DNA from: Oopsacas minuta
Taxonomy: Eukaryota; Animalia; Porifera
NCBI GenBank assembly: GCA_024704765.1
Contig: JAKMXF010000332.1
Location: 416,018-480,017 of the forward strand
DNA length: 64,000 nucleotides
Direction: 5' to 3'
This document shows positions 14,143-26,700 of this stretch, one piece after another. The position numbers and the translations under genes were made by a program. Under the pieces are notes generated by a model that searched no databases, was not told the DNA's origin, and was given only the letters and a program-made list of their open reading frames with translations. How positions within the stretch are numbered: the first letter of the stretch is position 1; each line of letters begins with the position of its first letter.

Positions 14143-14750
14143 TTGAAAATTGTAGAATTAGAGAAAATTCAAGAGACGCATACAAAACATATCTCAGGAG
14201 TGAAAAACTATCCAAAATTAGATAGAGAGGTAAATTCAACCAAATTAGGAAATTTACGAGCTTCCCCATCCACGCCAGCCCCAAAATTTCTCCCTCGTCC
14301 GAATAATTTACAATCAATGAAATTGTCATACTTTTGTGGAGATGGTGGACATGGAGAAAGCGATTTAAACTGTATGAAATTATAGATGGCTGAGGCGAGA
14401 CTGATAAATCGATTACTCGCTCGAATAATACACGGATATTGTGTGAATAATTATTCCATTTCAAATAAATAGATTTTCATTATTGCAGCCATGTAGTTTT
14501 TACAAATAATGCCCCAAATAGAATCGCTAACGCTAGGGCCAGTAGAAGGTAGCTTACAACCTCTTTGTAGGAATTGAAAATGGATTCGATATATAAAGAA
14601 ACAGCTGAAGCGCTCTTGGATCTAGAAAAGGAACATAAAAATACTATGTGCGCCGTACTCACAAGAAAACAATTCAAGATAAATCCAACTTTTGTTATAG
14701 CAATTGATTATTACACATCTAGCACGCATTCTGATGAGACAGAAATGATT
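14143..14750 (+). pseudogene. Possible LTR-retrotransposon gag/protease remnant
   Basis: Pro-rich stretch, then SYFCGDGGHGESDLNC (zinc-knuckle-like), then AEALLDL (retropepsin ALLD-like). Confidence 0.3.
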
Positions 14751-15129
14751 TAAATAGAATGAAAGGAAGTCACATTTTGAAATATTGATTCCACTTGAAG
14801 TAATGAAACAATTTGGTTCAATTGAAGGAGTGTAAAATGTGAAAAAAAAGAACACAATCTTTGATATAGAGGGCAAATTTTGGATATCATTTTCCTCGAA
14901 TAGCAAGTAACCCTTCTTAGAATAATCGCACCCTGAAGGATCCTCGAAATATATAATCGTCCCCAGGTACTATTCGAGAATTACTGTACATTGAAAATAG
15001 GCACAAACCATATTCAAAAAGACTCGTACAAAAGTTTGGATTTCTAGATTTACAAATGAGAAGGATTTGTAGAGTCGCAAATGATTTCTGATTAAAGTGA
15101 TAAAAATAACCTAGTCCATTCATGGATGG

Positions 15130-15890
15130 CTAAAATATAATATAGATTTATAGATATGCAAAAGGATTTTTCAAGAGGTTTACTCTTCAGCAACAGTGTT
15201 TTGTATTTCAAATGGGGAAATTCTGATGTGAATATGTATTTAATTATGATTATTTCATGGTACACTTAACCTTAGTTGATAAATTCATTGAAATTTTGCA
15301 AATAATTCTGAATTATCCATTTCTACTCGACATTTCAAACGTTGATTATATTTAATCTATTTTGAAATATATGGAAACTAAATGCTATGACGTAATTGAA
15401 ATTACTTTGTATATTCTATAATTCATTGAGTAATTCATACTGAGTCAACTGAGATCAAACAGTTGATAAGGCAGTAATCTGTATACGTTACTATAGTTAG
15501 AATGGATTAGAATGTTTCATTAAATCTATGTGCTTAGTACAAATCTAATAGAGACTCGATTCAAACAAACCAGATTTCAAATCTAAATATCCCAAAAAGT
15601 TTTGACAATTTTAACACTATATTTCATACACATAAACGTCCATACAGCAAGAATCCATGGCCATGTTTATGGAAAAATATTTGTTTAGGTATCCTATACT
15701 TATATGTGAATTACTGCTAGTTAGATGCACCAATTTCTATTAGAAAAAATATGTTTATACAATATATTCATTTTCATAAAAGCCCATATCTCTTCTTTCG
15801 AATGGTCCCAAAATATTACATTCTGACCTTGGTAAGTTGGTCAAATTTATGGTTGAAGTATACTGGTCGAATATTGAGCTAACTTCACAC
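15130..15890. repeat. Unclassified dispersed repeat, copy A (about 760 bp)
   Basis: Colinear, same-orientation match to about 56455-57225 (e.g. TTAACCTTAGTTGATAAATTCATTGAAA and TCTCTTCTTTCGAATGGTCC in both). Confidence 0.85.
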
Positions 15891-16014
15891 TTGTGAAGGC
15901 GATATATATTATCAAACAAATGGGGCAAATGATGCAGCATTGTGGCCACTCAAGTTCCCCTCAAAACGCCCTTGTTGCGGCCTATGAGTAACTTTATAGG
16001 TTATGAGAAATTAC

Positions 16015-16394
16015 CTATGAGTAGAATGTTAATATCTCCTCTTAGTCTGGTTCCATTCTGTAAAGTCTTTTCAACACCACCCAATAATAGACATAGAATA
16101 GCTTTCTTCACAAAAGGATGGCCAGATATTGATGGAGCTATGGAATTGGAAAGAATTTGAAAAATATTTGATAATTTACTCACATTTCGGATTTTAGATA
16201 CATCATCTGAAGATAGTTGAGGGATTTCCTCTTTAGAAATTTGTATATTATTTACAAAAATAACGGTACGAAACGAACCAGAAGTATAGCCTGCTCGTTT
16301 ATTGGGAATACAACAGTAAATACCGTATAGATAAATTCGATCACCAGCCTTAGCAAGATCCACAAGGTCCTCTTCTAAAATTGCATCAATTGAC
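16015..16394 (-). CDS. MCM3: MCM3 exon 2
   Basis: Acceptor TTTAG|G completes the Arg codon (AG+G), then SIDAILEEDLVD...APSISGH..VKKAILCLLLGGVEK...RGDINILLIG. Donor G|GTAATT. Phases match exons 1 and 3. Confidence 0.95.
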
Positions 16395-17400
16395 CTAAAG
16401 TACATATTGGATTAAAATACACAAAAAGGTAATTAGATGAATTTACTCAATTATGTCATCAGCTCTTGGGTGTGGCATGACATGAAGCGCTCATATACTG
16501 AATTTGAAGGTAATCTAAATGCCTGGTTGAAGATATTAAAGGGAAGGCTTGTCAAAATTATACCACTCGGAGTACAAGTATGAGCTCCCTTGAATCTTGA
16601 ATGGGGGGCACCAGAAAGATAGAATGATATATAGAAATTGATAATCAAGATATTTCTGCCAAACGACAGAAAAAGATAGATGCCTGGATCTCTATTAATC
16701 ATAATGGATTTAGCAAGAAAGAAGAAATATGTAAAACCTGGGCCACCAGTAGTTTATCATATTCTTGAGATGAGAATATAGGTCTTGGCAAAGCGTTAAG
16801 GATTTTACCGAACAAACGTGAGTAGGAAGGGCATTACTTTTCACTAATGCTCTTACTAGTCATATCGTGATGAAGTTGGCAAGAGAAATTTGACGAAGCT
16901 ATAAATGATGAGATTCACGAAGCTCTTAAATATTGGACTGTAATGGTTGGACCAACAATGGCCAAAAATTATGAATCCATTGAGAATTTGAGAGGGATTC
17001 GGGGAATATTTAGACAGTATACTTGTCGAACATAATAATCAAGTACATTGAAAACTATTCTGAATAAAGGAAAAGGAATTGTCAATTAGAAGGGTGGAAT
17101 CTTAGTTACAGTGAGTGGAGATAATAATAGTGGAGGTTGTGGCAGCTATTTCCAACATTCGTTATAGAAAATTCACAAATTATAGGATTTGATTGCCTCG
17201 TACACTCGGTCCATTTACAATTGTGGTTATCACAATGATATGCGTGAATGAACTCATTAATATCACAATTCATACAACATTACAATAATCATGAAAACAG
17301 TAAAAAGGTATAAAATCTTCAATATTGTCAGATAAGGGAAAATCAATGCTTGAAACAGATAAAGTAAAATGCTAACCGATGGAGTTATATACATAATATT

Positions 17401-19635
17401 GGGTTGACTGAATAAGACCGAATTTGCAGTGTGAAAAAATATTTTTCCAATACTGGAATAAGACCGAATGGAATAAGACCGAATTTAATTCAAGACTGGA
17501 ATAAGACCGAATGGAATAATACCGAATGAAATAAGACCGAATAGAATAAGACCGAATGGAATAAGACCGAATTTAATTCAAGACTGGATGAATAATGATA
17601 ATGCGTCGTAACAAAATACAGATAAATATATGAAAAGTGAAATGAGTGAACACATAAGTTAGAGAATGAGAGATCACAAAAAGATTTTGATGAAGTTTTC
17701 TATAGGTTCTCTACAAATAGGGCAGTTGTTATTATCAGAGTTAACAATCCTCTCTGTACAGCTGAAGCAAGTTTGAGCATGACGGCAGGGCATAATTAGT
17801 GTATCTGGAACATTCACTAAACATATTCTACACATGTTTGAGTTTTGTTCTGTACTCACATCTTGAATCAAATCTTCCTCTTTATTTTCTGTATCTACAT
17901 CTTCAACTGATTCAATAAACCCTTCAAATCTCGCAAACTGGGATTTATATTGATGAGTTATAGTTTTCAAATAATTATTTGGAGTAATATCACCATTAAT
18001 TAGTTGTTGTTGTAGCGCGTCTATATATTTCTCCTTCTGAATAGTTACTGGCCTTTTCTTACGCCTTATTGGAACATGATTATCAATTCTTTCGATGTCT
18101 TTTTCGGTTGTTTGAATTACTTTATTCAAGTTTTTGATAAAATCCCAGTAATTAGGGTTATGGGATTTAAATTTTCTTTTCAAATTTGCATGAAAGCTCT
18201 CTAGATCGTTTGTGGTACGTATCTCTGTATGGAAAACTGATAGTCTAGAAGGACCAACTTGACCCAGCCAGTATCGCTCATAATATTTTAACAGTTTAAT
18301 TACGTTTTCATTCTCAGAATGTGGTAACAAAGGCTTTTCTTGGGTTTATGCAACTAAACATCGGAACAATAAGATCTGACGGAAGTAGTGGCAAACACAT
18401 TAACTGTTCAACCCACTGTCTAAATTCTAGGTTTGAGATGTAAGCATTTGATAAACCCTTTTTGAGAATCCCAGTTTTGTATAGCGCTCTATCATAGTGA
18501 AATAAGCAGCCGCTGACCCTTGCATAGGGAAAACCTTTCGCAAATGAACTGTACATTGAACTCTCAAAGTCCGTCTTAATGATAGAAGCAATAAATGGTA
18601 GAATTTCAATGACTTTTGCTACAACTTTATCATAAAGCGTACCTGTCTTTTTTGACATCAAAATATGAATAGCAGGCAATGAGTGAGACTTGTACTGCAA
18701 GAATATATTTAACAATTGATAAAATTGCTTGGGAACCACATAAAAAGTAGCATCTGCTTGCAATTCTGTTTGGTCAGTCGGATGCAAGTAGTTTTTCCAT
18801 TTAGGGCTCATAAATGCAATCGCTACTTCATCTAATTCTTCAATGGAGAAAGCATGATAGATCTTAAATTCTTCACCAGGATCTTCCATTAAGGACATCG
18901 CAGTTCGAGCATTTAATGGAACTTTGGTGTGCAGAATCTTTTTCGTTTATACATCGTGCTTTCTAATTGTGCAAAGCTTATGAAACCACCAACTTCAGAT
19001 TGATTCACTTCATCATCAAATATTTCCCGAAGTGATCCTTGTGAATATATTCGGATTTGCGTTTGAGTTTAGATGTAACTTTCATTATCTCTATTTCTCT
19101 TTCTGTAGATTCGTGATTATCATGCTCATTTAGTAGTGAAAAATAATTAGTTTCGAGAGTAATTTTTGCCCTAGCAGTACAGCCATACTTATATTTGACG
19201 CATCTTAAATATCTCACACCTTTCACATCTTTGTCCTTAATGTAAGCATTCGCTCCGTTTTGATAAAGCAACGAGCCTTTTCGATGACCGTCCAAAATTT
19301 CGTAATTTGTCATTATTTAGAAATACAAATGATACTTGTATGAATTGCTAATTATGCAGTTGGATTAAAAAGTTGTGAATAATCACTATTAATATATTTA
19401 CCCCAGAAACCTTCAAGAAGTATTGTAAACATATCTATATGGTATCCTTTAGAAAATTGTTAATTGACTTGAATTAAATTCGGTCTCATTCCATTCGGTC
19501 TCATTCCATTCGGTCTTATTCTATTCGGTCTTATTCCATTCGGTCTTATTCTATTCGGTCTTATTCCATTCGGTCTTATTCTATTCGGTCTTATTCCATT
19601 CGGTCTTATTCTAGTCGGTCTTATTCATGTTTCCC
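17401..19635 (-). mobile_element. Mutator (Phantom-like) element: FLYWCH-MULE-RING transposase, tandem-repeat TIRs
   Basis: TSD ATAATATT (8 bp; 9-bp CATAATATT also possible). TIRs built of 15-bp GAATAAGACCGAATG units. Transposase 19313-17674 with about three frameshifts: RYLRCVKYKYGC..EHDNH, QADATF, KTDFE, GCLFHY, RTTNDLESFH, and C-terminal CRIC-x11-CRH-x3-CFSC-x11-CPIC. Confidence 0.92.
19478..19627. repeat. Ten 15-bp tandem units in the right TIR of the Mutator element
   Basis: ATTCGGTCT(T/C)ATTC(C/T) x10; about eight inverted units, interrupted, at 17410-17575. Confidence 0.95.
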
Positions 19636-22394
19636 ATAATATTTGCAAAAGGATTTAGTGAATTTAAGATTTGCACGGATTCGATTCAAAAGATTCCTCA
19701 AATGTTGCAGATGGAGTTAGGTTGTGGTTTCAGGTTGGAGAAAAATTATGAGGAGTTTGGTATAGTCAACATTTGTCACTAGTAAAGGTGTAAAATTGAA
19801 ATACAGATTGATTTACGGTAAATAATTAGATCTATTATCGTAATCAGTTTAAAATTTCATATCGTTTAGGGTGGTCAGATGGAAAAATTCGGAAATAAAT
19901 TGGTAGTGGCAATGCAACAAGGTCTCAGGGCTGTGTCAACATTTCATTCTCAAAACATATCCAAATATCATCGAATGACCATTTGTTCGACGCCGCACGA
20001 ATGAGTCTAGTTATGCACATATCAGCCCTCTAAACGACCTTATAATACTCTTAAAATTTGTTCACATATTTCTTCCAAATACATGAAAACATCGATTGTT
20101 TGTGATAGAAATACAAAAAAGAAGGTATAATACATGATTAATAGGTAGATCGAAGGTATTTGACTAAGTCATATACCCAATGTTGATCAGCAATTTTCAG
20201 GTTGAATAGTCTAATACATTCTGAATAATTGCGAAATATAACTCGTGGAAATTGGGATAACCCAAATTCTATAAACTAGAACTCAGTCTATTGTGACTCT
20301 GAAATGTTTGCTAGTGTGACAAGTGGTTTAGCACATGTAATAGTAATAAATTCTCTCCCTCAAAATCGGTAAATTTGAGTACAACTGCGTTGTTCGATGC
20401 CTAATTGATAATTCTTCAAAAACCGGAATGTATTGAAAGTCTAAAAGTATATCACTTGATTTCCAATTAGGATTCATTATAATTCTCAAGAAATTTTCAA
20501 TGGTTAGAAAGTTCGAAAAATTTTGTAATTGTTCTTTTCCCAGAACTAGTCCCTATATAATTATCTTATATGACCGAATCTTATTGTTTGATTTAGAAAT
20601 ACAAACTGAGTGATTCTCTCAAAAATAATGAAATTTTTACATTATGACTTAATGCCCAAAAATCTGTTATAGAAAAAGGTTTCATATTTGATACAGGTCG
20701 CTATTAAAATGTACACCGAAGCCCAGCTTGATTTTTTTACAGTTGACTTTCAGAATAATAATAACGATTTAACTTATAGAGCTCACATTCATTCGCAAAC
20801 TTCTCAAAATGACTACATCCCAACATGTAGTTTTCGTTGATTATTCTATTCCACTTATTTGATATAACGTAAGTATAACTTGCTTTTGATATTTAACGAA
20901 GTATCTGTATGATACTACATTCCTAAATTGAATTCTAAATTATACAAAATATTTACGAATTAGAACTATCGCTGAGCTTAATTTTCCAAATTTCGACGTG
21001 ATGCAACTCAATTCTTCAAAAATAATTTGGCATTCGTTGTGATATGATGTTCCTTACGGTAGAACCTCGTCAAGACGAATTTGTACAAGGATTAGTAAAT
21101 AAAGATTTCGGAAAATTCGGGAACTTTTACTGATTCATTGTCACAAGATAAATGATTCAAAATAGGCAAAAGTGTTATCCAAAATATATTACGTATAGTT
21201 GGCGAAAAACTATATTTATCACATGCTCACATCATGCTGTGGCAATGTCTGCTTTAAGAGAAGATTCAATCCTGATATCGGACTAAGTCATGAATGAATA
21301 ATTGAGAGAATTTATAAATAAATGTAAATTTTATCGTTTCCTGAATCAGTTAAATATCTAAGTAAAGCTAAAGCAGGTCTTAGGTCATATAGCCCAAGTC
21401 TGGCATTAAACTTGGCCAGAGAATTTCTAGATTTACCTTTTCTTAAATACGCTTTAGGTCCAAATTCGTAGACACGAATCCCAACTCAAGTTTCAATCTC
21501 TTAAGCTTGTTCATAATATTTCAACAATTCATACATGTTGATCTTACAGGTAACACACGCTTACTGCCGAGGAATCACAATAGTATTTAGGTTTCCCTTA
21601 ACATGATAGATTCATGCGAAGTGTAGACTTTCATTGTCCTAAGTAAGCAGAACTAACAACTAAATTAAAATAAGGCAACAATTAAAGTTTCAAATTATGG
21701 TTTCCTAATAGATAGTTTTAGGACTGAAATATTCAGGTTCATCATAAGTCAGAGTTTGAGTTAGCAAATTATGAAATCAATAGGATATGGTAGTAATTTT
21801 CTGGGCGAAATGATATGTAATGCCTCAGATAATTCCTTGTATGAGATCCATCTGAAGATGCATGGGTGATGTGGCTCATTATCATTATCTCATTATTTTG
21901 TGACGTATCCGCATAATACTCGAAATTTTAGACCCCGGAGTACTACGTGCAGCGTCAAATTTATTCCGTTTATATCTAGTATGCATTAGTGCAGATCTTC
22001 CCTGCACTATTTATTGCTGGAAGAATTTTGTTTTTGAGACAAAACTTTTGTATTTCGGCGAAATGTGTCAGACAATTCTCCCCACCTACCATATGCCTCA
22101 TTACTCAAAATATATATGATGATTCACTTTTTTCCACAGTGGGTTATCCGCTCCCAGTAGGGGAAACTTTCTTGTTTAAATCTTATCGATGTATAGATTT
22201 TAAATGATTAGAAATAGAATTGCTTTTTATTGGAATCAACTTTCATGAGTGTTGTACCATCTCAAAGTCCCACCAAATTGTGTGAATTTTGGGCCTTTTG
22301 AAACCGTTTTTGTTCACCCAACATAAATAAGTACAAATAAGTTTCCATTCTTCAAAACACTGTCAAATTTATACAGGGTATAGTTCTAAAGTTA

Positions 22395-23698
22395 CAGGGC
22401 GTCTAATAAGTTCTGTTATACATTTTCGCGCCTTAGACAGTAGCTATTAATATACTTATGAAATAATCTTCTAGATTTTCATGTAGCATTTTTGGTGCTC
22501 TTACGAATTATACCAAGTATATATCATTCAAGTTGATGATTTCCCAGATAATCTTGTTAGAAGAAATTCGTTCAAAAATTGTCACTTTTCGCGAATCTGG
22601 GTTTAGCAACAGTGAAATTCTAAAAAGGCTAAAAAATGATAAAGCCAATCCCATGTTGATCCATCGCACAATAAAACGATATATAGAGACTGGAAGCGTG
22701 CTGACAGGAAGCGAATTGGTCGTCCAAGATCCGCTCGCACACCAGCCCTGAAGAATAGTGTTAGATGTTGAATCCTGAGGAATCCCCCCGTTCAATGCGA
22801 AAAATGTCTTGTGAATTCTATGTCAATCACGAAACGATGCGAAATTGGTTGTAGAGGACCTAGGAAGGAAGTCCTATAAGATGAAAAACGTACACCATCT
22901 TAACGACTCCATATGTCGTAAGCGACTCGAAAGATGCATACAATTAAAAGCCTGATTCACTCCTGGGACTGAAGATCAGATTTTCTTCTCAGATGAGAAG
23001 CTGTTCACAGTTGAGGAGGTAAGCAGCCGTCAAACGAGCTTATACTTGCTTCTCGAAGTCAGGATATCCCAGATAGCATCAAGTACATTGATAGAGTCCA
23101 GAAGCCTCTTTCCTCTGATGGTATGGGCGGGAGTGTCGGCAGACTCACGGACAAACCTGATTTTTGTCTCCCAAGGAGTGAAAATAAACTCTCAGACGTA
23201 CAGAGAGATGGGCTTGGAGCCTGAAATTGCGTCTGCTGGTGAGAAGCTCTTTCAAAACCATCCTTGGACTTACCAACAAGACTCTGCGCCTGCAGATGTT
23301 TCAAAAGTATCCCAGGGTTGGTTCCGAGAGCAAAATATCGATTTCATAAGGATGAATGGTCACCATCAAGCCCAGATTTAAACCCACTCGACTATTCTGT
23401 TTGGGCAAACTTGGAGAGCAGGGCCTGTGCGAAATTTCACATGAGTTTGGAGTCCCTCAAAGATAGTTTGTTGAGTGAATGGCAGAAAATCCCACAGGAG
23501 GGGCTGCGAAAAGCTGTCCATCAGTTTCGGGGCAGACTAACTTCCGTAATTCATAAAAGGGAGGGTATATTGAATGATATTTGTAATATGTAATTAGTAA
23601 CATAAGTCCTAAGAAAATAGAAGGTTTCATGGTTTTGCAATAGATAAATTTGAAATAATTGGGGAATTGATATATAACAGAACTTATTAGACACCCTG
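22395..23698 (+). mobile_element. Tc1/mariner element, maT/DD37D-like, disrupted
   Basis: TIR CAGGG(C/T)GTCTAATAAGTTCTGTTATA with TA TSDs. Motifs FSDEKLFTVE, MVWAGVS, QQDSAPA, WSPSSPDLNPLDYSVW. D-to-D spacing is 36-37 across a frameshift. Confidence 0.9.
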
Positions 23699-23784
23699 TA
23701 CTTTTACAACTCAAACCCAATTTCTGTGAAATTCAATTAATATTCTCTACTTAAACTTTGTGGTGACACAACATATTAATGGGT

Positions 23785-26700
23785 TATATAATGAATGCAA
23801 TATTATCTAGCAAATGAAATTCAATTATTTTGACAACCGAACTGAAAATTTAAGTATTTGGCAGACAAAGCAATAAATTTGACAATGCATATTTTTGATC
23901 TAATATATATACACATACATGTATGTATAATTCCATTAAAATTTAAAATTCGGTCGCAGCTTCGTTTCCACAATACTTTATGGCAGAACCTACTGATTAT
24001 GAAACATTGTAGCCAGCGACAAAAAGAAAGTGGTATGGGAAGAGATAAATATTATTACAACATTAGAAGAGGGCCGAGAGTTAATTGAAACTCTCAAGTT
24101 TATGGCAAGGAGCGTGATGAAAGCAGATTATGAGCTGTATTATTGCAAATTCAGCAGGACTATATATCTTGATTGCTCAATAAAGGCCAAAATCGAAAAA
24201 TATGATTCTGAGTACAAGGTTTACTTATTCGGTCACCACAAACATAATGAATGTAATCAAAAAGTAGAGTTGCTTAATAAAGGATTGTCTTATGAAAAGA
24301 ATCAACTGTGTTTAGAAATACTAAAATCAAACCCCTACACTCTACCTAGAAAGATTTTGATATTATGGTAAACCAAAGACCTGATCTGACGTTCGTAACA
24401 GATGATACTGTCCAGATTCGCCATTTTAAACAAATAACAAATCTAATATATTTTGTGTACATGTGGAAGACTCTCGTCAAGCGATATGCGACAAAGTCTC
24501 TAAATACCAAGATTATTCACAAGTATTTGTTCGTCAAAAACCGGAAGAAATATACATAACAAAGGGGAACTTTCTCAATGATTCAACACATGAATATGCT
24601 GAAAAACATGTCAGCTCTCAATAAGTTTATCACCTCTGATACAACTCATAGAATGAGTAAATCAAGATTAAACACTTTAGCATGCGGCTGTGTTGCGACA
24701 ATACTTTCCAGTTGATGGAGCATTTACGTAATCATGGAGTAATTTTAAACTATATTTTCCTTTTAGCTCAGTTGACGGTCAATTAGTCTATCACCTTGGC
24801 TGTATTGTATTTGTTAGGCATGAAACGGCAAAGGAATATCTAAATATGTTCCGGTCATTAAATGAAGATGTGCTTAAGATGTTTCAAATTAAACGCAAAG
24901 AGACTCTTACTCGCAGCATGAATGATAATGATGATGCTATTTTCGCTGCTATAAGGGAAGAATTTACAAGTCCGCAATTGATCTTAGGAAATTGTTATTT
25001 CCATTTAGCCCACAAGAGTTAATGTTTAAAAGCTACCTGGGTTAAGAAGGATGGAACCACAAAGGCTAATCTAAAACCAATGCTTGAATACTCACACAGA
25101 ATTCAGGTAATAATTATCAATAATTATATTTCTAGGTGATTCATTTGACAGCCTCCAAACTTGTTAAAATACTAGTTCATAATAATAATACTGTCTCATT
25201 ATCATTATATGGAATTACCAACATAAACTGAATCTACAATCGGATTGAAGTTATGGACAAATAAATTCTCAAATACCAACTCGAATTCCATGAAGAGCTT
25301 CCTCTCAGAATATGGTCCCCCAAACAAAGATGGCTGATTAGGAGGTAAAATTGGTCCCGTTATCCCAACTGATAATAATCCTCAAGAAAACTTTTCCACA
25401 CCTTTAAGAGAACACTCATGCAAACCACACATGGTGATACATTGTATCTGAAGGAAGCAATTAAATGTATTTCATCACAAAGGAAATTGGAGCCAAGAAG
25501 TCTTCAATCACATCCACTGGGTTTAGATCGTGATCCTCCCAAGCATATCCTCAGCCGTATTAGAGGATTTTTCAAAAGAGCATTTGAAATGGTAGCTTCA
25601 AGTGAGTCCGGTGGCATATTTTCAGCAGAAACATTTCCATTAGATGATTTACCAGGATAATCTTTAGAAGAATCATTGGCACAACTCGTAGAAAAGGTTA
25701 GTACATCAATAATGTGTACTGAATCCTTAATCTAACTTCGAAATCACTTGCCAAACCCTTTTACTCTTTCAAATTCAAAATAGATTATTAATCGAGCCTT
25801 TTTTGCTTTATTCCTATAGTGCTCCTGTTTCCTCTTGAAAGCAAGTTGTCATCCCATGTAAAAGTTTAAAATTTTTAAACTTTTCTTCGGAAGAATACAC
25901 TACGCCGTGCAAAAAGTTTTTAGAAGAATGCTGTAACTGCATTTCTTGGACACCAATACATCTTATATCTATTTATAACTACTTTAGTTAAAATATTCAA
26001 GCTTTTAATCTTTTATTACTTTGACAGCTCTAATTTCAAATTCGTATCTAATTATTTCTCATGGATTTACATTTGGAAAGGAGGGACTTTCGCGCAATGA
26101 GTTTTATGACTTTATGAGAAAACTCAGTCCTAAAGAATCACATATTCAACTTCAGAACAAATTTGGAGAAAAATCACCATCTTTGGCTATAGTATACAAC
26201 TGGTACGGTGAATTTAACCGTGGGCGAAATACTCTAAGTGATGAGATGCGATCAGGACATCCTGCAGATGCGGTTAACCCAGAAAATAGCCAGAAAGCTA
26301 GAAAATAATCAAAAATGAGCGTTGAATCATAATAGACGAAATAATGAGTCATTTAGACATCAGGAGAGGAAGCCTCCATGCCATACTCCATGAACATCTC
26401 TTGGTGAGGAAAGTGGCTGCACGGTGGATTCCACATAACTTTCTGAAGAACAAATGACAACTCGAGTGGATTGGTGCAAATTTAAGATCAGAAAATTCGA
26501 TATGGTGGTTCAAAGCTATTGAATAAATTAATTACGAGATGAGACTTGGATTTACCAATATGACCCAGGACGAAGCAACAATCTTCAGTTTGGCCTTTTT
26601 CAGATGATGATCCCCTCAAAAATTGAGATGTGCACGAAGTGGTAACAAGCAAATGGGCGCCAGTTTCGTCTCTAAAAAGGGACATGTTGCTACTATTCCC

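Noticed and set aside
14132-14464. ADAM/reprolysin-like GEILGLAWMGK on the minus strand
   Set aside because: There is no proper HExxHxxGxxH downstream (only EIMHSCG then a stop). The motif is the antisense of a Pro/Ser-rich gag-like stretch.
17410-19627. Regular repeat arrays resembling CRISPR
   Set aside because: The units are head-to-tail 15-mers without unique spacers, inverted at the two ends of a transposon; eukaryotic context and no cas genes.
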